A stretch of 64,000 nucleotides of DNA from an uncultured bacterium (lineage in GTDB: Bacteria > Oederibacteriota > PGYV01 > CAWJRG01). The stretch lies in NCBI GenBank assembly GCA_963845185.1, contig CAWJRG010000010.1, positions 448,001-512,000 of the forward strand. Direction: 5' to 3'. The translations under genes and the position numbers were made by a program. Below, piece after piece: positions 9,024-16,993 of the stretch (the stretch's first letter is position 1; every line of letters begins with the position of its first letter). A model generated the notes under the pieces. The model was given only the letters and a program-made list of their open reading frames with translations, was not told where the DNA came from and did no database searches.

Positions 9024-11798
9024 TTAATGAGTTTTGAATATTTTGCCCGTCTTTAATATATTATTGGAATTTAATTCAATTACATAATAATAAATCCCCG
9101 GCGATGCCTTGCCTCCGTATGAATTCCTGCCGTTCCAGTACACATCCGGTGTTTGCGCAGTCAATGAAATTACCAGCTCAGCTGATACTGTATATATGTG
9201 TATGTTTGCGCCTATTGGCAGGTTGATGATTTTCAACTCCCCTTCCACTGCCTTATCCGGATTAAAAGGATTTGGATAAACAATGATATTGTCAAAAGGA
9301 TAAGGAGTGGGAGTTATTGTTATTGTAGGTGATATTGTTAAGGTAGGCGTTAAACTTGCCGTAAAAGTCTGTGTTATTGTAATTGTCTTGGTTGGCGACG
9401 CTGTATAAGTCAGCGTTTCAGTAATCGTTTCTGTTATGGTTAATGTTGATGTTGCAGTATTTGTGATTGTGCCGGTCAACGACACGGTAAATGTCTGCGT
9501 TATTGTCGCAGTGTTTGTCGCTGTGGCTGTAAGCGTGTCAGTGCATGTATTTGTATATGTCACTGTCTGTGTATATGTGCATGTGGCAGATCCCGTGTTT
9601 GTGTAAGTCGACGTTGCTGAATAAGTAGGTGTTTGCGTATATGTGGGGGTAATTGTTCCTGTTGCAGTATAAGTCAGGGTTGCTGTAAGCGTCGCGGTCT
9701 GCGTGTAAGTTAGTGTTACTGTAAAGGTCGGCGTTATTGTATTCGTGCATGTCGGCGTTGCCGTACCTGTGTAAGTCGGTGTCTGCGTGTATGTAGTTGT
9801 GCCTGTACTTGTTGCAGTAATTGTATATGTCAATGAGCTTGTGTTTGAAATTGTTGCAGTTGGAGATATTGTCATGGTTGTGGTTTGTGTTATTGAAGGC
9901 GTTGCCGAAGGGGTCGGCGTCGGGCTCCCGCAAGCGCCGAATTCTTCCACCCTGTTATTCCCCCCGTCTGAAACATAAACATTTCCGCTGCTGTCCACTG
10001 CTATACCATTCGGAGAATTAAATTGCCCGTTGCCGCTACCAGAATTACCCCATTGGGTAATATAAGTACCTGTACTGCTGAATTCCTGAATGTTGTTATT
10101 ATTACGGTCTGTGACATATACATTACCGCTGCTGTCTACTGCTATTCCGTAAGGAAATTCAAATTGACCCGGACTGGTTCCGCTATTGCCCCACTGTGTT
10201 ATATATGCGCCTGTATTGCTGAAAACTTCTATCCTGTTATTGCCGGAATCTGTAACATAAACATTTCCGCTGCCATCCACTGCTATTCCATAAGGATTAT
10301 TAAATTGTCCAGGACCGTTTCCGGAAACACCCCATTGCATAATGTATGCTCCAGTACTGCTGAATTTTTGAACCCGGTTATTCCCAGAATCTGTGACATA
10401 TACGTTTCCGCTGCTGTCAATTGCTATTCCGGTAGGCCCATGAAAAAATTGTCCTGGACCGTTTCCAGAAGCACCCCATTGCGTTATATATATTCCTGTG
10501 CTGCTAAATTTCTGGATCCGGTTATTCCAGTCATCTGTAACATAAACATTTTCAGTACTGTCTATTGCAATTCCTACATTAGCAATAAAACCATAATTAC
10601 CGGTCCCATTACTGCCCCATTGTCTTATATAAGTGCCCGAACTGTTGAATTCTTCGATTCTATTATTTCCAAAGTCTGAAACATATACATTCCCGCTGCT
10701 GTTTATTGCTATCCCGCTCGGGCCGTTAAACTGGCCGTTTCCTGTCCCGGTAGTACCCCACTGTGTAATATAACAAGGTGCCGGCCCTGATGTAAAAGTT
10801 GGAGTATATGTAATCGTCGGCGTATTTGTAAATGACAGAATTGGCGTCACCGTCGGGCTGGGGCACACACCGAATTTCTGGATCCTGTTATTTCCCCACT
10901 CTACAACATAAACATTCCCGCTGCTGTCTATTGCCACTCCATAGGGCTGAGAAAACTGTCCATTACCGGTTCCACCACTGCCCCATTGTGTTATATATGT
11001 ACCTGAACTGCTAAACTCTTGAATTCTATTATTATTTGCGTCTGCAACATATATATTATCGCTGCTATCTACTGCCACTTCCGTAGGATAATTAAACTGC
11101 CCGTTGCCGCTTCCGGAACCGCCCCATTGTGTTATATATACTCCTGTACTGCTGAATTCCTGGATTCTGTTATTCGTTGTATCTGCAATATAAATATTTC
11201 CATTGCTATCTATTGCCACTCCAAAGGAACGATTAAATTGCCCGTTGCCACTTCCAAAACTTCCAAATTGATTTATATATGTATCCGAACTGCTAAATTC
11301 TTGAATTCTGCTGTTAAGAGTATCTGCAACATATATATTATTAATGCTGTCTATTGCTACTCCTACAGGATAATTAAACTGCCCATTACCAGCTCCAGTA
11401 GTACCCCATTGTGTGATATATACACCAGCAGATGTAAATTCTTGAATCCTATTATTGTACACTTCTGAAACATATACATTTCCACCACTATCTATGGCTA
11501 TTCCCTGAGGACCATTAAACTGTCCATTACCGATCCCAGCATTACCCCATTGTGTAATATATGTACCTGTACTGCTAAATTCTTGAATTCTGTTATTCCC
11601 ATTATCTGCAACAAATACATTCCCGCTACTGTCTATGGCTACTCCAAAAGGATAACTAAACTGCCCGTTGCCGGTTCCAGAAGTTCCCCACTGTGTTATA
11701 TAACAGGGAGCAGTATCAGCAAATGAATTATTTGCCGCGAAAATGAATGCTGAAAACAACAGCGCTGTGATTATTTTTTTTGCCATGCTTTTGCCCAC
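9024..11798 (-). CDS. Secreted protein: two 6-bladed NHL propellers, about 200-aa Thr-X stalk, C-terminal T9SS-type A/FlgD-Ig-like domain
   Basis: 12 NHL repeats; C-terminus YPNPFNPDK...IYTVSAELV...WNGRN...PGIYYYVIE. Start placed at GTG 11798 (RBS AAGGAG; N-terminus homologous to the gene starting at 3692). Confidence 0.88.
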   Translation of the reverse strand: MGKSMAKKIITALLFSAFIFAANNSFADTAPCYITQWGTSGTGNGQFSYPFGVAIDSSGNVFVADNGNNRIQEFSSTGTYITQWGNAGIGNGQFNGPQGIAIDSGGNVYVSEVYNNRIQEFTSAGVYITQWGTTGAGNGQFNYPVGVAIDSINNIYVADTLNSRIQEFSSSDTYINQFGSFGSGNGQFNRSFGVAIDSNGNIYIADTTNNRIQEFSSTGVYITQWGGSGSGNGQFNYPTEVAVDSSDNIYVADANNNRIQEFSSSGTYITQWGSGGTGNGQFSQPYGVAIDSSGNVYVVEWGNNRIQKFGVCPSPTVTPILSFTNTPTITYTPTFTSGPAPCYITQWGTTGTGNGQFNGPSGIAINSSGNVYVSDFGNNRIEEFNSSGTYIRQWGSNGTGNYGFIANVGIAIDSTENVYVTDDWNNRIQKFSSTGIYITQWGASGNGPGQFFHGPTGIAIDSSGNVYVTDSGNNRVQKFSSTGAYIMQWGVSGNGPGQFNNPYGIAVDGSGNVYVTDSGNNRIEVFSNTGAYITQWGNSGTSPGQFEFPYGIAVDSSGNVYVTDRNNNNIQEFSSTGTYITQWGNSGSGNGQFNSPNGIAVDSSGNVYVSDGGNNRVEEFGACGSPTPTPSATPSITQTTTMTISPTATISNTSSLTYTITATSTGTTTYTQTPTYTGTATPTCTNTITPTFTVTLTYTQTATLTATLTYTATGTITPTYTQTPTYSATSTYTNTGSATCTYTQTVTYTNTCTDTLTATATNTATITQTFTVSLTGTITNTATSTLTITETITETLTYTASPTKTITITQTFTASLTPTLTISPTITITPTPYPFDNIIVYPNPFNPDKAVEGELKIINLPIGANIHIYTVSAELVISLTAQTPDVYWNGRNSYGGKASPGIYYYVIELNSNNILKTGKIFKTH

Positions 11799-12013
11799 TA
11801 AATTGCTCCTTAAAAAAAAGGCTATAATCATCCCTTATTTATAATATATACCATACGATCGGCCTAATAACAATTATTAATATATTCATGCATTATCCTG
11901 AGTTTACGGCTGGTAATGTCTGCGAAAGCGGATAAAACAGGCGAGGCATGCATGAAGTGCTGCTATTGGAGTACGGCTTGAAAAATTCTGGTAATATGTA
12001 ATTTATTTTTACC

Positions 12014-12095
12014 GCATTCATTCATCCACAGGCAGTTTCCTGCGCCGGGAAAGCTAAATCTTCGGCGTCAGGAAACCCGTGGTATTCTGAATGGC
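12014..12095. repeat. Long nested intergenic hairpin (REP/PATE-like or structured RNA)
   Basis: ATTCA..CCAC-AGG..GTTTCCTG-CGCCG ... CGGCG-T-CAGGAAAC-CC-GTGG..TGAAT arms pair over about 80 nt. Confidence 0.55.
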
Positions 12096-12135
12096 TGTGA
12101 TTTTCGTTCAAATCTGCTGCGGGCTTTTTATTATT

Positions 12136-13257
12136 CTAATGCACCTGCACCGTCATATCACCGTTGCAGTCGCTGTATGTCAGGTAAAGATGCCCGCTTG
12201 ACTGGTCTACCGTAAGCCATGTGTCTTCTATATCGCAGGAATTCGGGTAACCGGCGTAAAGTTGCCAGCTGCCGTTGTTGTAGTATTTCACCGTAGCTGC
12301 TTCAGGGTTAGGCATACTGTCCTGGGCTTCATCGTCAAACGCAACATAAGGCACGCCGTTGTAAACACATCCGGAAACAGACTCAATATCATCACCGTTC
12401 GATATGCTTCCAAGAGTGCCTACGCTTTGCAGGTTGGTATTAAGTGTCATTACAACAGCGCCATAAGTTGAATTATAATATATCAAATACAGATTGCCGT
12501 TGCTTACTGTCATTACCGGGTCCCATTGTTCGTCAATCGTTACGGTGGTATTGGTTACCGGCAACCAGTTTGTTCCGTTATAATACATAAGGCTGAGATA
12601 GTTGTTATTATCGTCATCATAGGCAATATACAGGGTATTGTTGTAAACCACCATCGCTGCGTTTTCCGCGTAAGTGCAAATCGTGCCCAAATCAACCCAT
12701 GACAAATTCGAGCTGTTATACCACGCAGCATGCAATGCGCCGCTTGAATCAATATAAGAAATATATAAAACATTATCTAACACTGCCATCGAGATCATTT
12801 CATCAAAGCTTCCTACCGCAAAGCCGCTGGTTCCAAGCGTCACCCAGTTGTTTCCGCTTAATTGATATATTGTTATATTGCCGGTGCTGCTGTCAGTAGT
12901 GGCCAAATAAAGCGTATTGTTGATGGCAAAAAGCGAGTAATATCCGTCAGAAACAGAGCCTGTGGTAAAGCCCGGGCTGCCGGCATCTACCCAGCTTGTC
13001 CCGTTATATTTCATAACCGTAATCCCGTAGTTGGAAGTTGAGTAATCAACAAAAGCCACGTATGTAGTGCCGCCGGAAACTACAATCTGCCCGTCATAAG
13101 CAGCTCCGGGGTCAACTTCAGCTCCTCCGACGTTTGTCCAGCTCTGCGGAGTGGGCGTTGGGGCCGGGGTTGTGGGGGTTTTTTTTCTGCAGTTTACTGT
13201 GAAAAATAGGGCAAAAACAAAAAATACTAAAACAAAAAATGCTGTAAATTTTTTCAT
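12136..13257 (-). CDS. Lipoprotein with predicted beta-propeller repeats, function unknown
   Basis: Lipobox FTVN-C, PT tether, repeated 'NxLYIAY.D...VxxYNGxxW' blades. Confidence 0.7.
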   Translation of the reverse strand: MKKFTAFFVLVFFVFALFFTVNCRKKTPTTPAPTPTPQSWTNVGGAEVDPGAAYDGQIVVSGGTTYVAFVDYSTSNYGITVMKYNGTSWVDAGSPGFTTGSVSDGYYSLFAINNTLYLATTDSSTGNITIYQLSGNNWVTLGTSGFAVGSFDEMISMAVLDNVLYISYIDSSGALHAAWYNSSNLSWVDLGTICTYAENAAMVVYNNTLYIAYDDDNNNYLSLMYYNGTNWLPVTNTTVTIDEQWDPVMTVSNGNLYLIYYNSTYGAVVMTLNTNLQSVGTLGSISNGDDIESVSGCVYNGVPYVAFDDEAQDSMPNPEAATVKYYNNGSWQLYAGYPNSCDIEDTWLTVDQSSGHLYLTYSDCNGDMTVQVH

Positions 13258-13503
13258 TTATTCCTCCCTTTTTGTTGAGATACGCCTTAAGCGTGTCTTT
13301 TAGAATATTATTGCATAATTTTTATTTCTCAATTTTCCCGTATAAAGTTTATATCCGGAATCTCCAATTGTCAATTGAAAACATTTCCGCCTATACATTT
13401 CCGGCGGAAGGTTCCTCGCGCACTACGATAATTACAGGAAAGGCCTTGCTGATTTTATGAACAAGGCAATCCAAATATACTGCGAAACAGCTTTAAAATA
13501 ATA

Positions 13504-14025
13504 TTATATTTTATTCAGCATTGATGAGTAGTCGTTGAACAAATCCAGCATATCAAGCTGCACCGATATTTGCCCGCGGTGGTGGGTCTGATGATTAAAC
13601 CACTGCAGCAAAAGTTTCCACAGTTCCTTTTCAATCTCTTCACCCTTATAGTTCTTAAACTTTATTATTGCGTTAAGTTTATTGTCGTCAAGTTCTTCAA
13701 CAAACTGGATAATTGTCTCATCAAGGTCCTTCCTGAACTTAAACAGCTTTGTGTAATCCCCTTCCATTTCTTTTTTCAGGGTTTCGTTGTCAAGTTGCAG
13801 GACAGAAGAGCCTGCCAGCGCCTTGTTTTCCGGCAAAGATGCCTTAAACCGCCTTAACCACGCAATATCCGTATTAAGAATATGTGACATAGTGTCAAAA
13901 ATCGCCGGGTAATATGCTTTTGATTTCTGAAATATCTTTTCTTTTGGCATAGGCTCAACCAGTTTCAGAATCTCCTGGTTAACGGCCTTGTTATACTTTG
14001 CGTAAGACTGGAATATTATCTTCAT
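13504..14025 (-). CDS. DinB family protein
   Basis: YNKAVN, TMSHILNTD, FNHQTHHRGQIS motifs. Confidence 0.88.
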   Translation of the reverse strand: MKIIFQSYAKYNKAVNQEILKLVEPMPKEKIFQKSKAYYPAIFDTMSHILNTDIAWLRRFKASLPENKALAGSSVLQLDNETLKKEMEGDYTKLFKFRKDLDETIIQFVEELDDNKLNAIIKFKNYKGEEIEKELWKLLLQWFNHQTHHRGQISVQLDMLDLFNDYSSMLNKI

Positions 14026-14056
14026 TTTGTTTCTCCTGTCTACGGCTTAAAGAAGA

Positions 14057-14180
14057 CCCCTTTCCCCTCGACGGGGGAAGGTTGGGATGAGGGTGACGTA
14101 GCGGCTACTTTGCCCATAGCGTCGATGCTGTTTGCTGCTTCTTCACCCTCACCTTTTTCCTCTCCCGTCAAGGGAGAGGA
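14057..14180. repeat. Inverted pair of CCCTCTCCC-N-GGGAGAGG-type palindromic repeats (REPIN-like)
   Basis: CCCCTTTCCCCTCGACGGGGGAAGGTTGGGATGAGGGTGA and its inverted partner TCACCCTCACCTTTTTCCTCTCCCGTCAAGGGAGAGGA. Confidence 0.7.
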
Positions 14181-14206
14181 GACCTCAAACTAAAGCCGAT
14201 ATATTT

Positions 14207-15166
14207 TTATTTAAAATTTTCTAATTCTTTCTCTATTTTTTCTATAACCTCTGGTTTGAGCGTAACATCCCCTGCCTTGACTGTCTCGAGTATCTGCCCG
14301 GGCTTTCGCGCTCCAACTATGGCTGAAGTTACTTCAGGCCGCCTTAAAATCCACGCTATTGCAAGCTGCGCGATGGTAATTTTATTATCCGCGGCGATTG
14401 CCTTTAATTTTTCAATGAGCTTGAGGTTTTTTGAAAGCTCAGGCTCATTAAACCTGGCGTCGCGCTTCCTGTGGTCTGATTCAGGCAGGCTGCTGACCCA
14501 TTCTTTTGTCACCTTGCCTGTCAAAAGCCCTCTTTCCATGGGCGAGTATACTACGACGCCTATATTGTTTTCTTTGCAAAAAACAAGCTGGTCGTTTTCT
14601 ATTCCGCGCCTTAGCATGCTGTAAGGCGGCTGCAAAGACGCTATCCTGCCTGTGCCCGCTATCTTTTTCATCTGCGCCGTGCTGAAATTCGATATGCCCG
14701 CGTACCTGACCTTGCCCTCTTTTACCAGTTCTGTCATTGCGCCCCAGCCTTCTTCCAGATCCTTTTCAGGGTCTGGCCAGTGCATCTGGTAAAGGTCTAT
14801 TACGGAAACATCCAGCCGCTTCAGGCTGTCCTCGCATTCTTTTTTTATCTCTTCTTTTTTAAGAACTCCGAAAATCTCGCTGCCGTCCTCGTTCCATCTC
14901 CTGGCGCACTTTGTGGCGATAATTAGTTTGTTCCTTTTGCCTTTTATTGCCTTTCCCACTTCTACTTCCGAGTGCCCGAGCCCGTAAACAGCTGCAGTGT
15001 CTATCCAGTTAATGCCGCTGTCTATTGCCTCGTGCACGGTCTTTATCGTGTCGCTGTCGTCCTGAGGCCCCCACGAAAACCTCCATCCTGCTCCGCCCGC
15101 TGCCCAAGTGCCAAGCCCGATTACGGTCAGTTCAAGGTCTGTCCAACCAAGTTTCCTTTTTTTCAT
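14207..15166 (-). CDS. Aldo/keto reductase
   Basis: IGLGTW, WIDTAAVYG, IATKC, IDLYQMHWPD, SLQPPYSML, AQLAIAW; start moved to ATG 15166 (RBS GGAGG). Confidence 0.93.
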   Translation of the reverse strand: MKKRKLGWTDLELTVIGLGTWAAGGAGWRFSWGPQDDSDTIKTVHEAIDSGINWIDTAAVYGLGHSEVEVGKAIKGKRNKLIIATKCARRWNEDGSEIFGVLKKEEIKKECEDSLKRLDVSVIDLYQMHWPDPEKDLEEGWGAMTELVKEGKVRYAGISNFSTAQMKKIAGTGRIASLQPPYSMLRRGIENDQLVFCKENNIGVVVYSPMERGLLTGKVTKEWVSSLPESDHRKRDARFNEPELSKNLKLIEKLKAIAADNKITIAQLAIAWILRRPEVTSAIVGARKPGQILETVKAGDVTLKPEVIEKIEKELENFK

Positions 15167-15180
15167 AAAACACCTCCAAA

Positions 15181-15252
15181 ACCCCCTGTTGTCCCCCTTT
15201 ATTAAAGGGGGAATTAAAATTCTCCCCCTTAACAAGGGGGAGTTAGAGGGGG
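15181..15252. repeat. Double-hairpin CCCCCTT-N3-AAGGGGG repeat, copy 1
   Basis: TCCCCCTTT-ATT-AAAGGGGGA and CTCCCCCTT-AAC-AAGGGGGAG; a homologous copy lies at 44846-44906. Confidence 0.7.
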
Positions 15253-15356
15253 CTTACTTGATAACTTTAATAACTTAATAATTCATTTTATTCAACTTCA
15301 AAACAGAACATTCTACTGACCAAATTCTACCAATATAGATGTAGAGACACGCCATG

Positions 15357-16970
15357 GAGTCTGTCTCAAAACTCTTTTAAACGCCTTGCATTGCCTACAC
15401 TTATCGCGTTTTTTAGCCCCTATCTTTATTATTTCTCTTCTTTTCGATTTGTGGTTCTTTTCTTGTCAGGTTGCGAACCTTAATTTAACCTTACCTTCCC
15501 TCCACAAGGCATACATTGTCTTTATGTTATGGGCGGCGCATATAAAAGACCATTGTGTTTTTACGCTTTCGATTCCTCTAACACTAAATCTTGTAAAACC
15601 AAGTACGTTTTTTATACGTCCCAATAATGGCTCAACTATTGTTTTTCTCTTTCGAAGCTGTTCTTTCCAGTTATTGACCCTAGCTTCTTCTCTGTATATT
15701 GACACTATCTCCTCATACTCATGCTTATTTGCTTCTATTATCCTTCCGGATTTTACCTTGCTGCATTCGTATTTATAAATACAATCCCTATGATCCCCGC
15801 ATCGGTATATCATTGTCTCTTTTCCGTTTTTCTTCTTCCTTATACTGGTATATTCAAGCCTGCCATTTTTAGGACATACATATTCGTTTTTTTCTTTGTC
15901 GTATTTAAAATGCGCTTTGCCATACGGCCTATCGCTGTCATCCTCCGGCAAGTTAACAATTATATTCCTTTTTTCTTCTTTGGCTTTTGCCAGTTCTTCC
16001 GGTGAATAATACCCTCCATCCGCAAGCGTTACTCCTGATTTTTGTCCGGTATTCGACTCTGCTTTTTCTATCATATCATTCAGCATGTGAGCATCCGATT
16101 CCTTGTTTGTCACATTCTCTGCCACAATTATCTGTTTCTTTGCGTCCACAACAACCTGTGAGTTATATGCCTGTTGCAGTCCTTTACCTCTTGTCATCAT
16201 GAACCGGCTGTCTCTATCTGTGGGGTTTTCAGTTGTTTTTCCTTCACTTTTCATACGTTCTATATGTTCTCTTATTACCTGACGCAGTTTCTCCTTTTCC
16301 TGCAATTCTTTTGGCATTCCGCACTTACTTTTGCCCTCTTCATCGTCTTGTTCGTCATTTTTCTCAATTTCCACCATTATTTTGTCTATTTCTCTGTCTA
16401 ATTCTTGTATTTTTTTATTCATGTCTTTTATTGTTTTGGTCTTTTCCTTATTTACATCTGCCTGTATTTTTGTGCCGTCCACGGCTTGAATTTCAAAACC
16501 AACCAAATTGTTGTTTGTTGCCACACGCACCGTCTCCTTCAGTAAAACCCTTATCTGCTCTTTATTTCCTTTAAAAAATCTCCATAGCGTATTATGGTCG
16601 GGATGATTATTCCCGGTTATCCATATCATCCCCATTGAATCGTAAGTCATTTTTTCAACTTTTCTGCTGCTCTTTTTTCCTTCCAGTATGCCGTACATCC
16701 ATGCCCCAAGTAAAAGATCTACAAAATATCCCGGTCTTCCGGTTTCTTCTTCCATTTTAAAACCCATCTCTTCAAGCGGTAATTCTTCTACGAATTCTAC
16801 GACAAATCGAGCTAAATGATCTTTTGAAACCCAATCTTCTATTGCCGGTGGCAGTAGATACATTTGATTTCTATCGGCTCTTATCGTTGGCATTTGGTTT
16901 CTCCTTCGCTAAATTTTGAAACCATTATACCATTTATGTCAAAGAATTAAGAGGCTTTTGAGACAGACTC
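15357..16970 (-). mobile_element. IS1182-family insertion sequence, copy 1 (1614 bp), inserted in a GTAG-REP
   Basis: 15-bp perfect terminal IR GAGTCTGTCTCAAAA; 4-bp target duplication CATG (15353-15356 and 16971-16974); the flanks reconstitute GTAGAGACACGCCATGGCGTGTCTCTAC. Confidence 0.95.
15466..16893 (-). CDS. IS1182-family DDE transposase
   Basis: DUF772-like N-terminus (LLPPAIEDWVSKDHLARFV, PDHNTLWRF), DGTKIQA, YNSQVVVD, ADGGYYS, RKTIVEPLLGRIK. Confidence 0.93.
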   Translation of the reverse strand: MPTIRADRNQMYLLPPAIEDWVSKDHLARFVVEFVEELPLEEMGFKMEEETGRPGYFVDLLLGAWMYGILEGKKSSRKVEKMTYDSMGMIWITGNNHPDHNTLWRFFKGNKEQIRVLLKETVRVATNNNLVGFEIQAVDGTKIQADVNKEKTKTIKDMNKKIQELDREIDKIMVEIEKNDEQDDEEGKSKCGMPKELQEKEKLRQVIREHIERMKSEGKTTENPTDRDSRFMMTRGKGLQQAYNSQVVVDAKKQIIVAENVTNKESDAHMLNDMIEKAESNTGQKSGVTLADGGYYSPEELAKAKEEKRNIIVNLPEDDSDRPYGKAHFKYDKEKNEYVCPKNGRLEYTSIRKKKNGKETMIYRCGDHRDCIYKYECSKVKSGRIIEANKHEYEEIVSIYREEARVNNWKEQLRKRKTIVEPLLGRIKNVLGFTRFSVRGIESVKTQWSFICAAHNIKTMYALWREGKVKLRFAT

Positions 16971-16993
16971 CATGGCGTGTCTCTACAATTAAA

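Noticed and set aside
542..11468. Many plus-strand ORFs over the NHL genes, and similar ones over the giant gene
   Set aside because: Antisense or alternate-frame shadows of repetitive Thr- and NHL-coding DNA; no RBS or family motifs.
61..11710. Diversity-generating retroelement behind NHL variability
   Set aside because: No reverse transcriptase or Avd gene and no TR/VR pair differing only at adenines was seen in the window.
15167..15235. ORF-track N-terminal extensions (also 42591-42635, 21063-21098, 11799-11831)
   Set aside because: They run through repeats, a pseudogene stub or upstream genes; downstream starts have proper RBSs.
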